Assembly: GCF_000011125.1 (NCBI RefSeq)
Contig: NC_000854.2
Coordinates: forward strand, 420,001-452,000
Reading direction: 5' to 3'
DNA: 32,000 nucleotides
DNA from: Aeropyrum pernix K1
GTDB lineage: Archaea > Thermoproteota > Thermoprotei_A > Sulfolobales > Acidilobaceae
The notes under the pieces are model-generated. The model saw only the letters and a program-made list of their open reading frames with translations. It did not search any database and was not told the origin of the DNA. Of this stretch, positions 16,313 to 25,312 are shown in pieces; position 1 is the stretch's first letter; each line of letters opens with the position of its first letter. Position numbers and translations under genes: made by a program.

Positions 16313-18771
16313 AGCCTGGAGAGCCTGGAGCCCAGCTCCTCCAGCCTCTCCAGCATTATCCTCCTCTCTATGCTGGCAACCTGCCTTCTCACCCTCACCA
16401 CGGCGTCGGGGTTGACGCTTATCGAGTCGATGCCCCTCCTCACCAGGAACTCTACCAGCTCCGGGTAGACGCTGGGGCCCTGGCCGCATATACTGACAGT
16501 CGCCCCCTGGCTGTGAGCCTTCTCTATAAGAATCTCTATCGACCTTAGAACGGCGGGGTCCCTCTCGTCGAAGTAGCCCATCTTCGCCAGGAACCCGCTG
16601 TCCCTGTCCACGCCGAGCACGAGCTGGGTTAGGTCGTTGCTGCCTATGCTGAAGCCGTCGACCATCTTTGCGAACTCGTCCGCCAGGAAGACTGTGCTCG
16701 GCACCTCAACCATTATCCACACCTTAAAGTCCCTGCCCCTAGAGAGGCCCTCCTCCTCCATTATCTTCAGCGCCCTCTCCAGCTCCCAGGTCGTCCTCAC
16801 GAAGGGGAACATGACCCAGACGTTCTTCAGTCCCCACTCCTCCCTGACCTTCTTTATAGCCCTAACCTCAAGCCTGAAGGCGGGCTCGTAGTTGGGGTGT
16901 ATGTACCTGGAGACGCCCCTCCACCCTATCATCGGGTTCCTCTCGTCCAGTGTCTCGTACTTCTCCCCGCCCTTCAGCCTCCTGTACTCGTTGGTCTTGA
17001 AGTCGCTGAACCTCACCACGACAGGCCTGGGGTATATGGCGCTGGCGACCTTCGCAACGCCCTCGGCGAGCTTGTCTATGAAGTAGACGCCCCTGCCCTG
17101 CTCTATGAGGTACATCGGGTGGTAGCCTATCCAGCTCGAGATTATGAACTCTATCCTCATGAGGCCTATGCCCTCGAACGGCAGGTGCTTATACCTGTCA
17201 ATCTCCTCCGGGTGGCCCAGGTTCATGTAGATCTTCGTGGCGGTCACAGGGTAGACCTCGGAGAGCACCTCGGCAACAGCGGCACCCAGCTCCGGCCTGG
17301 CCTCCTCCTCCCTGGCCTCCTCAGTCTTGACTGCCCCGGCGTAGACCACACCCCTGCTGCCGTCCACCGTCACCAGCATGCCGTCCTTCAGCTTCTTGGT
17401 TGCGTCGCCCGTCCCAACGACCGCGGGTATGCCTAGCTCCCTGGCCACTATTGCGGCGTGGGCCGTCATGCCCCCCTCGTCCGTCACTATGGCGCTGGCC
17501 ATCTTCATGTAGGGGACCCAGTCGGGGTCGGTCATCTTTGTCACGAGAACGTCGCCCTTCTCCATCTTCTTGGCAGCCTCCTCGACGGTCAGGGCAACCT
17601 TGACCCTGCCGGAGGCCACGCCGGGGCTGGCGGGAACCCCCCTGACGAGGACCTCACCCTCCGGCACGGCCTCCTCCTCAGGGGGCTTCGCCTCCGCCTC
17701 CTCCTTCTTCCTCGACCACACCGTCTCCGGCCTTGCCTGGAGTAGTAGGATGTTCTCGGGCGGGCTGAGCTCGAAGTCTATAGCCCACTCTATGTCCATC
17801 GGCCTTGCGAAGTGGTTCTCAACCTTTATGGCAAGCCTGGCCAGCTCCTTAACCTCCTTCTCGGAGAGGGAGGGTGCGTCCGGCCTTATACCATACTTCT
17901 CGACAACCTCAGCCACCGCGGGGTGCTTCCTCCTGAGGTCCTCCAGCTCCTCCCCGCTCTCCGGTATCTTTATCTCGACGTTCTCGTTGAGATCGGGATC
18001 GTAGAACAATGCCTTATCCTTCCTGGATATCCTCACCTCCAGGATCTCGAGGTCCGACTTGCTGACTACAAACCTGTCAGGGGTGACCTTCCCCCCGACA
18101 ATGTACTCCCCTAGCCCCCATATCGACTCGATAACGATCTTGTCCTCCTCACCGGTGACGGGGTGTATCGTGAACATCACCCCGCTGCTGCGGCTGCTCA
18201 CCATCTTCTGGACTACGACGGCCATCAAAGCCGTCTCATGGTCTATGTTAAGGCTGTCCCTGTAGCTCAGCGCCCTGGCCGTCCACAGGCTGGCCCAAGC
18301 CGTCTTAACCTTCTCCACAACCTCCTCCTCACCCTTGACATTCAGGTACGTCTCCTGCTGGCCCGCGAAGCTGGCCTCAGGGAGGTCCTCGACTGTGGCG
18401 CTGCTCCTGACAGCTACCCTCGGCTCCTCCACCCCAACCAGGGTGCCCAGCTTCCTGTAGGCATCGACTATGGCCCTCCTGAGATATGGTGGCATGGGGG
18501 TCCTGACGAACTTGCTCCTGATGAGCTCGCTAGCCTTCTCATACTCCTCGGGCCTTCCGCTGACTATGGTCTCCTCCAGAATATGCTTTATAAAACCTGC
18601 TATTCCCGTCTCGAAAACAAACCTCCTGTAAGCCTCACTCGTGACTACAAAACCGGGGGGGACGGGTATGCCCGCCTTGATCATCTCCCCAAGACCGGCG
18701 GCCTTGCCGCCCACGAGGGGGAGGAGGTCCTTAGAAATCTCGTCAAGCCAGAGGATAAGCCTCCTCTCCAC
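16309..18771 (-). CDS. ppsA: phosphoenolpyruvate synthase (pyruvate, water dikinase)
   Basis: LWLDEI...[11 protein letters not shown] at the N-terminus, [17 protein letters not shown] (phospho-His domain), and GSNDLTQ in the C-terminal PEP-utilising domain. The maximal ORF reaches 18861, but family N-termini fit the GTG at 18771 ([11 protein letters not shown]). Confidence 0.95.
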   Translation of the reverse strand: MERRLILWLDEISKDLLPLVGGKAAGLGEMIKAGIPVPPGFVVTSEAYRRFVFETGIAGFIKHILEETIVSGRPEEYEKASELIRSKFVRTPMPPYLRRAIVDAYRKLGTLVGVEEPRVAVRSSATVEDLPEASFAGQQETYLNVKGEEEVVEKVKTAWASLWTARALSYRDSLNIDHETALMAVVVQKMVSSRSSGVMFTIHPVTGEEDKIVIESIWGLGEYIVGGKVTPDRFVVSKSDLEILEVRISRKDKALFYDPDLNENVEIKIPESGEELEDLRRKHPAVAEVVEKYGIRPDAPSLSEKEVKELARLAIKVENHFARPMDIEWAIDFELSPPENILLLQARPETVWSRKKEEAEAKPPEEEAVPEGEVLVRGVPASPGVASGRVKVALTVEEAAKKMEKGDVLVTKMTDPDWVPYMKMASAIVTDEGGMTAHAAIVARELGIPAVVGTGDATKKLKDGMLVTVDGSRGVVYAGAVKTEEAREEEARPELGAAVAEVLSEVYPVTATKIYMNLGHPEEIDRYKHLPFEGIGLMRIEFIISSWIGYHPMYLIEQGRGVYFIDKLAEGVAKVASAIYPRPVVVRFSDFKTNEYRRLKGGEKYETLDERNPMIGWRGVSRYIHPNYEPAFRLEVRAIKKVREEWGLKNVWVMFPFVRTTWELERALKIMEEEGLSRGRDFKVWIMVEVPSTVFLADEFAKMVDGFSIGSNDLTQLVLGVDRDSGFLAKMGYFDERDPAVLRSIEILIEKAHSQGATVSICGQGPSVYPELVEFLVRRGIDSISVNPDAVVRVRRQVASIERRIMLERLEELGSRLSRL

Positions 18772-18937
18772 ACACAAACACCATATAAAAGGGGTTAAAC
18801 CCGGAGGTAAATGAATAAAGTATTTAAAGAGGACACTTATTCTCACATATCCTTCACACAAAAGGACCCGGAGAGGGTGATCAACGGCATGTAGACCTAT
18901 CCTGCCGGCACCCAGTACCCTAGGTATTACACCGCTG

Positions 18938-19117
18938 CTACGGTACGGCGGGCAGGAATATGTGTGCGGCAGCTACCACTGCGGAGACTAGAATAGCGGC
19001 CCCGACGACTATAGTGGGGCTTATCTTTATCTTCCCCTCATACTCTTCGTAGAACGACAGCAGGCCTGCGGCTGTAACCGGGGTGGCCCTCCTCTCCCTC
19101 CTTCTCCTCACCGACAA
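18938..19117 (-). CDS. secG: preprotein translocase subunit Sec61beta (archaeal SecG)
   Basis: [22 protein letters not shown]....[24 protein letters not shown]: a basic N-terminus, the AGL motif and a single C-terminal TM. TTG 19117 gives ~59 aa; the maximal ORF runs to 19219. Confidence 0.75.
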   Translation of the reverse strand: MSVRRRRERRATPVTAAGLLSFYEEYEGKIKISPTIVVGAAILVSAVVAAAHIFLPAVP

Positions 19118-19310
19118 GACACGCCAACCCCCTGGAACTCTCCCTCCAGTAACATGAGTATGTGGAGAGTTAAATCTTAGCATGCCATAATATGGCTGTG
19201 ATGAGTGACGCATACCCACACTTTACTGAGGTGCAGCTCCAAACCAAGGTTTGGGTGAGGGTTAAACCGCCTTCATGATGCTCTGGGGGGTGGAGGGCTC
19301 CGGGCGGTTG

Positions 19311-20357
19311 TCAGGATGTTTTGAAGCTTGCTGACGATAGTATTGGAAGAAGGTCTCCCGAGACTGATTTCAGTATGCAGACCGTCTTCACCTCCTCGAG
19401 TCCTGACACTACAGTGACCCTTGTTTTGAACCCGGCGAACCCGGCGTTCACGCCTATAGTAGCGTCCCCCAGGTCTATCGTGTAGAGGTAGGAGAGGTTG
19501 TCCATGTCGAATATGTTGGTGTAGACGGTCTTCCCCGGCTCCACAGGGTTTCTAGTGGCGAGGCACTCGTAGCTCCCCGAGGGGAGTATCACGTCCTCTC
19601 TGAGCTGCTCCTGGGTGTCGAGGACCTCGAGGGCCACGCCAGGCTCTGGCTCCAGCTGTACAAACGCTAGGCTAACACTAACGGATTTGCCCTGGCAGTC
19701 GAAGACTAGATCCCCCTGCACCATCCTGACGGAGGCTTTCATATACACCACAGCGGTCTTGCCCTGGCCCGCTCTCACCTCCGAGACCCTGCTCAGGTCT
19801 AGCTCGGCCTCCACAACCCCGCCTTTGAAGCTCCTCTTACCAACCTTCACAGGAACCTCGAACTCGGCCCGCGGCTTCTCCCCGTCGGGTTTAAGGTTTA
19901 ACAGTATTGTGTCATTCCTGCTCAAGGCAAGCGCCAACACGGACTTCACCACAGCAGGCCCCTCCACCCGGGACCCCTCGACACCCCTCAAGCTACACCC
20001 CGGCGCCAAGCCCTCTACCGGTACGACGCCCTTGTCTACAGCCCATGCCGGCCCTGGCAGGGGGAGGGGGTAGGTTCTCTTCTCCACCACGTAAACCCTC
20101 ACACCCCCCTCCACAGGCTCTAGGGCTAGCGTGTAGCCGGGGGATGGCGTCCTCACCAGGATGTAGCCTTTCCCCCTCTCGAACACGGGCTCCATGCTGT
20201 AGACTAGCCTATCACCATCAACACCCACGATGACCACGTCGCTCTCGAGGGCGTATCTAGGCTCCACAGTTATAGTCACGCTATACGCTATAACAACAAG
20301 TATTATCAGGGTTAGCAGCACGTTAGTCGCCCTGCCGAAAACCTCCCTAGCGCTCAA
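19311..20357 (-). CDS. hypothetical N-terminally membrane-anchored (probably extracellular) protein, 348 aa
   Basis: Signal-anchor NVLLTLIILVVIAYSV followed by a beta-rich sequence with 4 Cys. No motif recognised. Confidence 0.6.
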   Translation of the reverse strand: MSAREVFGRATNVLLTLIILVVIAYSVTITVEPRYALESDVVIVGVDGDRLVYSMEPVFERGKGYILVRTPSPGYTLALEPVEGGVRVYVVEKRTYPLPLPGPAWAVDKGVVPVEGLAPGCSLRGVEGSRVEGPAVVKSVLALALSRNDTILLNLKPDGEKPRAEFEVPVKVGKRSFKGGVVEAELDLSRVSEVRAGQGKTAVVYMKASVRMVQGDLVFDCQGKSVSVSLAFVQLEPEPGVALEVLDTQEQLREDVILPSGSYECLATRNPVEPGKTVYTNIFDMDNLSYLYTIDLGDATIGVNAGFAGFKTRVTVVSGLEEVKTVCILKSVSGDLLPILSSASFKTS

Positions 20358-20384
20358 ACCCGTAATCCCGGAGGCCTAGAGGGT

Positions 20385-21779
20385 TTACGGCTGGAGGCTA
20401 AAACTCTCCCCCACACCCCCCGGGGGCTCAGGAGGGCTTGGGCCGGGGGAGAATGCCCACTCAAGCTTCATAGGGCGGGGCGGCCTCCGGCCCGCGGGCC
20501 TCCTGCCCGGCGGTGCTGTAAGGTGCCTTAGCCTGCCCTCCCTGGGCGTGTAGACGCCCGGCTGCAGCGCCCGGGGCACCGGGGTCTCGAGGGGCCTGGC
20601 TTCTCGCGAGGCGTAGCCGCAGCGGGGGCACCTGTAGCCCCTCCCCCTGCCCGCGCTCTCCATCCTGGCCCCGCAGCGGGGGCATAGGGGCGAGTGCCTC
20701 TCGTAGACTGGGGCCAGGCGCCGCACCACCAGCTTGTCCACAGCCACTGTCCAGAGGCCTCGGGGCCTGTAGGGCCTGACGCTCCCCATAGCCTCGACAG
20801 AGTCGCCGGGGGCCAGGAGCCTGGCAACCCTGTTCAGGGGGGATGCCTCCCTGTAGAATACGAGGTCGGCCTCGCCCTCCCCCGTCGAGGCCCTCACCAC
20901 AACGTGGCCCCCAGGGAGTGTTTGGGGCGTGCCGAGGACCTCAGCCTCTACAGTCACGTAGGAGTAGGGGTAGATCCTCCTCTCAAGCCCCCGGGGGGCG
21001 TCTGTATGCTGGTTGCTGCGGTATAGAACCCAGAAGTGGGGCTCCTCGCAGAGGGCCTCAGAGTACCTGGGCAGCAGGTGTGGGCAGTCACCCCGGAAGC
21101 CGGCCAGCACCGGGTCGGGGCCCGCGGGGGCGGCTGCAACCCTCCCCTCAGCCATGTCTATATTGTTGAAGGTGCAGGGCGGTAGGGTGGACTCAACTTT
21201 GACAGCGGCCTCCCAGTCTACGCACCTCGCCGCCCCCCACGCCTCCGGCCTCCTGTAGGCCACAAGCTCCCACGTGTAATCCTCCGCCGGCCCCAGGGCA
21301 GCTAGAGACGCTGCCGCACCTATGATACCCCGCCCCCCGTAAACCCTGCCCCCCTCCTTCTCCACAGCACCCGCCGCAGACTCCCTGTCAAGAACCCCGG
21401 CTAGAGCCCTCTTGTACAGAGACTCTAGCCGGGGCCTGTAGGGGTCTCCCACCAGTACTGCCATGCCAGGCCCCTTACCCGCCTCACTTGGCCTCCCGCC
21501 GGTGTAGTCCCACATGAGCTGGAGGGCAGTCTCGACAGCGTCTAAAGCCTCGTCCTCGCCCCGGGCCCAGAGCCTGAGGACTACAGCCGCGTTGCCCCTG
21601 GTCTTCCACGGTATACCCGGGTTTAGCCTGGCCAGTATGGGGTAGTCGGCCAGGGTGTAGCCGCCCCTCCTGGCCAGAGTGTGTAGGAGGAGGCCTGCGA
21701 AGTGTGTTGTACAGCCTCCCCCCCTAAAATCTACGTCGTCGAAGCCTATGTTCAACAGGAGGATGCCCGGCCCCCCCAC
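20385..21779 (-). CDS. tiaS: tRNA(Ile2) 2-agmatinylcytidine synthetase TiaS
   Basis: IGFDDVD..GGCTTH, RLNPGIPWKTRGNAAV, GRGIIGAAA, ELVAYR, and a C-terminal zinc ribbon CPRCGARMESAGRGRGYRCPRCG. The order matches TiaS (DUF1743 plus OB plus Zn ribbon). Confidence 0.85.
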   Translation of the reverse strand: MGGPGILLLNIGFDDVDFRGGGCTTHFAGLLLHTLARRGGYTLADYPILARLNPGIPWKTRGNAAVVLRLWARGEDEALDAVETALQLMWDYTGGRPSEAGKGPGMAVLVGDPYRPRLESLYKRALAGVLDRESAAGAVEKEGGRVYGGRGIIGAAASLAALGPAEDYTWELVAYRRPEAWGAARCVDWEAAVKVESTLPPCTFNNIDMAEGRVAAAPAGPDPVLAGFRGDCPHLLPRYSEALCEEPHFWVLYRSNQHTDAPRGLERRIYPYSYVTVEAEVLGTPQTLPGGHVVVRASTGEGEADLVFYREASPLNRVARLLAPGDSVEAMGSVRPYRPRGLWTVAVDKLVVRRLAPVYERHSPLCPRCGARMESAGRGRGYRCPRCGYASREARPLETPVPRALQPGVYTPREGRLRHLTAPPGRRPAGRRPPRPMKLEWAFSPGPSPPEPPGGVGESFSLQP

Positions 21780-21793
21780 AGCTCCGGAGGGGT

Positions 21794-22057
21794 CTACCCC
21801 TTGTTCTTAACCCTCCTCGTCACTATCACCATGGTAAGGGTCATCTTGACCCCGTCCACCTTCCTTATCTTACCGGTTATAGTCTCCCTCAGCTGGTCCA
21901 TCGTTGGGGCCTCGACTAGGGCTATTATTTCGTATATCCCGTATACCATGAACACCTCCTTAACCTCGGGCATCTCCAGCAGCTTGTTAAACACTTCATC
22001 CTCCTTCCCTACGTTGACGTTGATGGCGACAAGCGCTTCCGGCATCTCGAACACCAT
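21794..22057 (-). CDS. stand-alone Lrp/AsnC-type RAM (ligand-binding) domain protein
   Basis: 87 aa. A.INVNVGKEDEV...L...PEVKEVF.VYG.YEIIALVEA..MD.L ....I matches the AsnC_trans_reg fold pattern. There is no HTH. Confidence 0.75.
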   Translation of the reverse strand: MVFEMPEALVAINVNVGKEDEVFNKLLEMPEVKEVFMVYGIYEIIALVEAPTMDQLRETITGKIRKVDGVKMTLTMVIVTRRVKNKG

Positions 22058-22124
22058 ACACCATCTAATACGATATTACGGGTTTAAAACCTTATAGTGG
22101 ACATAATCTTGAATTCTGGTAGAG

Positions 22125-22481
22125 GTGCGGTTTGTAGAGATGAGCGGAGAAGCAGGTGTGAGGCAGTGCTGTCTCGACCCGTCCACGTTCTCCCATAGGG
22201 AGGGCGATATAGCCAGGGCCATGGGCCTTAGCGGGGAGGATGCGTCCCGCGTGAGGAAGTATGTCGAGGACCTGCTGAAACAGAGTCCACCGCCCAAGGT
22301 GAGCGAGGCGCTGGAGAGAATATGGGCTAGGGACTGCGGGAACCTGTCTCTCGAGCAGAGAATATACGCCACCTTCATACTAGGGGTGAGCATATACGGC
22401 AGCATGGTTCAGGAGTATCTCATAAGGTCTATGAGTAGTAGGGAGGCTAAGGGTGCCTCAGGTGGCAGGAGGTCGCCCTAG
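22125..22481 (+). CDS. hypothetical protein, 118 aa
   Basis: Gene-like codon usage. Overlaps the hisS start by 29 nt. No motif recognised. Confidence 0.4.
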   Translation: MRFVEMSGEAGVRQCCLDPSTFSHREGDIARAMGLSGEDASRVRKYVEDLLKQSPPPKVSEALERIWARDCGNLSLEQRIYATFILGVSIYGSMVQEYLIRSMSSREAKGASGGRRSP

Positions 22482-23769
22482 ACCCCCCCGGGGGTTCAGG
22501 GACTTTCCACCCGAAGTCATGATACTCAGGAAGAGGCTCCTCTCCAGGCTCGAGAGAGTTTTCGAGAGCTACGGCTTCGACCCGCTGGACACGCCGGCGG
22601 TGGAGTATTGGGAGACCCTCTCCGGTAAGTATGGTGAGGAGGCGGAGTCGAGGCTGATATGGAGGTTCCAGGACCCGTGGAGCGGGAGGTGGTACGCGCT
22701 AAGGTACGACCTCACTGTCCCCCTAGCCAGGTTCGTGGCCTCAAACCCGGGGCTGCCGATGCCTTTCAAGAGGTACCACATAGGGAAGGTTTGGAGGCAC
22801 GAGGAGCCGCAGAAGGGGAGGTACAGGGAGTTCGTCCAGTGCGACGCAGACATAGTCGGCAGCCCCTACCCGGAGGCGGACGCGGAGATTGTAAGCCTTG
22901 CTGTGGACAGTATCGACGCCCTGGGGCTCCCAGGGTTTAGGGTTAGGGTTAACGATAGGCGCCTCCTCGCCGGGGTTTTCGAGGAGGAGCTGGGGTTTGA
23001 CAACCCCCTCCCCATCTACAGGGCTATAGACAAGCTGGATAAGATAGGTGTGGAGGGTGTTAGGAGGGAGCTAGAGAGGCTGGGGCTCCCGGGATCCACC
23101 GTTGAAAGGATCATGGAGATTATCTCCTGGAGGGGGAGGCCCGGCGAGGTCCTGGAGTCCGTCAGGAGGGGTTACGGCTCCAACGAGAAGGTTAGGGAGG
23201 CGCTTGACCATCTAGAGGAGATGCTCTCCCTCGCCGACGATAAGAGGGTAGAGCTTGACATGAGCCTCGTTAGGGGCCTCGACTACTACACCGGCCCTAT
23301 ACTCGAGGTAGTCCTAGACGAGCCGAGGATAGGTAGTGTAGCGGGGGGAGGGAGGTACGACGGGCTTGTGGGGATGTTCGCGGGGAGGGATATACCGGCC
23401 ACTGGCGTGAGCATAGGAATAGAGAGGATCATAGACGCTGGCCTCGAGCTCGGGGTTTACAGTCTAGACGTGAAGACAGTAGCCCAGGTTGCCGTCGTCG
23501 TGCTAGACCGGAGGTACTACAGGTACGCCTGGGAGGCGGCCCGCATACTCAGGAGGGGTGGGCTAAACGTTAGGATAGACCTCTCCCGGGCCAGCGGCCA
23601 GGTTCAGAGGAGGAAGGCCTCGAGGCTGGGCATACCCGTCTTGGCTTTCGTGGGGGCCAAGGAGGCTGAGGGCGGGTTCCTAACGCTCTACAGCGCCGCG
23701 AAGGGTGAGAGGGTTGCAGTGCCGCTGGGGGAGGCTGTGAAGGCGGTGGAGAGGCTCCTCCCCTCCTAA
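22453..23769 (+). CDS. hisS: histidyl-tRNA synthetase
   Basis: PRGFRDFPPE, YGF.P.DTP..E, YHIGKVWRHE.PQKGRYREF.Q.D, GGGRYD (class II motifs). Confidence 0.95.
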   Translation: MPQVAGGRPRPPRGFRDFPPEVMILRKRLLSRLERVFESYGFDPLDTPAVEYWETLSGKYGEEAESRLIWRFQDPWSGRWYALRYDLTVPLARFVASNPGLPMPFKRYHIGKVWRHEEPQKGRYREFVQCDADIVGSPYPEADAEIVSLAVDSIDALGLPGFRVRVNDRRLLAGVFEEELGFDNPLPIYRAIDKLDKIGVEGVRRELERLGLPGSTVERIMEIISWRGRPGEVLESVRRGYGSNEKVREALDHLEEMLSLADDKRVELDMSLVRGLDYYTGPILEVVLDEPRIGSVAGGGRYDGLVGMFAGRDIPATGVSIGIERIIDAGLELGVYSLDVKTVAQVAVVVLDRRYYRYAWEAARILRRGGLNVRIDLSRASGQVQRRKASRLGIPVLAFVGAKEAEGGFLTLYSAAKGERVAVPLGEAVKAVERLLPS

Positions 23770-24122
23770 CCCGCCGAAAGCCTCCTCCTAACAGTGACCG
23801 CCAGCCCGGTGGAGTAGACCTCCAATACAACCTGCCTTACCTCCCCCGGCTCCACTGAAACCCTCCTGAACCTGCCGCTCGAGACCGCCGCCTTAAGCCC
23901 CCTCAAATGCTTACACCCCCAACCCCCCTTCACAAGGCTCCCCGCCATGCTGGGGCAGGAGCAGTACAGCCCCTCCACAAGTATATAGTCCCTGGACTCG
24001 CCCAGGTACACCCAAACCCCCTGCCCCCCGCCCGGCTCAAGCCTAACGAACCTACCGGAATGGCCGAGGACCTCGTCGGGCTCCAGAGCCAGGTACTCCA
24101 GGCAAGCGTCCCTCACCCCCAA
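23766..24122 (-). CDS. small SWIM zinc-finger-like protein
   Basis: YCSCPSMAGSLVKGGWGCKHL fits CxC-x(n)-CxH. The TTG start lies 1 nt after the rpiA stop. Confidence 0.55.
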   Translation of the reverse strand: MGVRDACLEYLALEPDEVLGHSGRFVRLEPGGGQGVWVYLGESRDYILVEGLYCSCPSMAGSLVKGGWGCKHLRGLKAAVSSGRFRRVSVEPGEVRQVVLEVYSTGLAVTVRRRLSAG

Positions 24123-24123
24123 T

Positions 24124-24837
24124 CTAGACCGCCCTCCCCCTGTAGGGGCCTAGAACCCTGTAGCCGCAGCTGGACAGCCCCACGACAATATAGTCAGCCA
24201 GCCCGAGGAACAGGCCCGTCTCCCTCACGCCAGGCACATTCCTGAGCATAGACTCCAACCCCCGAGGGTCCTCCAGGGGGCCTGTGAGTAGGTCCACTAT
24301 AACCCCGCCCCAGTCGCTGACCACAGGCCCCCTTTTACCCGGCGAGGTCCTCACCCGCGGGTTAAGGCCCAGCTCCTCCAGGCTTGCGAGAACCATCGAG
24401 ACGAACCCGGGCTCTACCTCCACAGGAACGGGCGTCTTCTCCCCCAGCCTCCCCACGAGCCTGTCCTCGCCGACTATGAATATGTTTAGCTTCGACCTGG
24501 AGGAAAGTATCTTCTCGCCAAGCAGAGCCCCCCCGCCCCCCTTCACCATATACCCTCTCCCGGGCTCTGCCTCGTCCGCCCCGTCAACATAAACGTTAAC
24601 CCCCCGGTATACACGGGGGTCACCCACACTCCACCCCAAACCAGCCAGCTCAACAGCAGTCTCGAAACTACTGGGCACAGCCACCCCCGGCTCCACCCCA
24701 CGGGCGCTGGCCTCGCGGAGAAACCTCATCACAGTCCTACCAGTACCCACGCCGAGAACGCCGAGCTCCCCGCCAATCCTGCCTAGAAGGTCGAGCGCTC
24801 CCCGGGCGGCCTCATCCATAGGATCACAACCACCCAC
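24124..24837 (-). CDS. rpiA: ribose-5-phosphate isomerase A
   Basis: GVGTGRTV, DGADE and KGGGGALLGEKI motifs. Start is GTG 24837 or ATG 24819. Confidence 0.9.
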   Translation of the reverse strand: MGGCDPMDEAARGALDLLGRIGGELGVLGVGTGRTVMRFLREASARGVEPGVAVPSSFETAVELAGLGWSVGDPRVYRGVNVYVDGADEAEPGRGYMVKGGGGALLGEKILSSRSKLNIFIVGEDRLVGRLGEKTPVPVEVEPGFVSMVLASLEELGLNPRVRTSPGKRGPVVSDWGGVIVDLLTGPLEDPRGLESMLRNVPGVRETGLFLGLADYIVVGLSSCGYRVLGPYRGRAV

Positions 24838-24916
24838 AACCTACACCCGAAACACCAGTAGGATGGAGGCTCAAAATTAAGCTAGAAAGCGGGTCCAGAT
24901 AGCTAGACTTAGGATG

Positions 24917-24938
24917 CTCCACAGGAAACGGAGGGGTC
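24917..24938 (+). repeat. ORB-like box a: CTCCACAGGAAACGGAGGGGTC
   Basis: Perfect 22/22 match to 25197-25218. Internal dyad CTCC/GGAG followed by GGGG. Confidence 0.75.
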
Positions 24939-24990
24939 CTTATAAACCCCCGGCAACCACGCCACGCCGCACCCCGCAGGAAAGCCCCAC

Positions 24991-25011
24991 ACCCCCCAGG
25001 TTCCTCTGGAG
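24991..25011 (-). repeat. ORB-like box b (minus strand CTCCAGAGGAACCTGGGGGGT, followed by GTGGGGC)
   Basis: 17/21 identity to box a by hand alignment, in inverted orientation. With its GATG flank it forms a 15-bp inverted repeat (1 mismatch) with 24913-24927. Confidence 0.6.
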
Positions 25012-25035
25012 CATCAGAAGCGTATACTCCTCCCG

Positions 25036-25133
25036 AATAGTGCTCTTGAAGAATGCCAATATAATGATACAAAAACCCAGTTTTAAACAAATCAAGCTAG
25101 AAACAAACAAAGACACACTATAATCCAGAACTG
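25036..25133. other. AT-rich putative duplex unwinding element
   Basis: I count 31 G+C in 98 nt (~68% A+T), with runs such as AATATAATGATACAAAAA, TTTTAAACAAATCAA and AAACAAACAAAGA. This is the most AT-rich stretch in the window. Confidence 0.6.
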
Positions 25134-25147
25134 CACAGCCTGAGAGG

Positions 25148-25168
25148 ATCCAGCGGAAAACAGGGGGT
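25148..25168 (+). repeat. ORB-like box c (ATCCAGCGGAAAACAGGGGGT, followed by GTGGGGGC)
   Basis: 14/21 identity to box a. It shares the TCCAG..GGAA..GGGGGTGTGGGGC layout with box b, on the opposite strand. Confidence 0.5.
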
Positions 25169-25196
25169 GTGGGGGCTTAGTGTGTCAGCTCGCCGT

Positions 25197-25218
25197 CTCC
25201 ACAGGAAACGGAGGGGTC
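25197..25218 (+). repeat. ORB-like box d: CTCCACAGGAAACGGAGGGGTC
   Basis: Perfect copy of box a, 280 nt away, in the same orientation. Confidence 0.75.
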
Positions 25219-25312
25219 GTATACCGGGGGGTTAACAACCTGCGGGAAGCGCATCCACCCCCACCCCCAACCATGAGGAGCCAGAACTAGCTGTCAACCA
25301 TCACTATGCATA

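Larger units (their letters stand above)
24913..25218. other. candidate chromosomal replication origin (Orc1/Cdc6-dependent oriC): ORB-ORB-DUE-ORB-ORB
   Basis: ORF-free spacer with four ORB-like boxes (dyad CTCC-N9-GGAG plus GGAAAC plus a G-string) around an AT-rich core. Details are in the individual repeat features. Confidence 0.75.

Noticed and set aside
19275-19334. C-box-like AUGAUGC with a CUGA at 19331-19334
   Set aside because: There are no internal D'/C' boxes, and the 3' part overlaps the end of the 19311-20357 CDS.
24917-25218. The possibility that the 22-nt repeats form a CRISPR array or mobile-element termini
   Set aside because: There are only two perfect copies, 280 nt apart, with no regular spacer periodicity and no cas, transposase or integrase genes. 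The degenerate inverted copies and the AT-rich core fit an origin much better.
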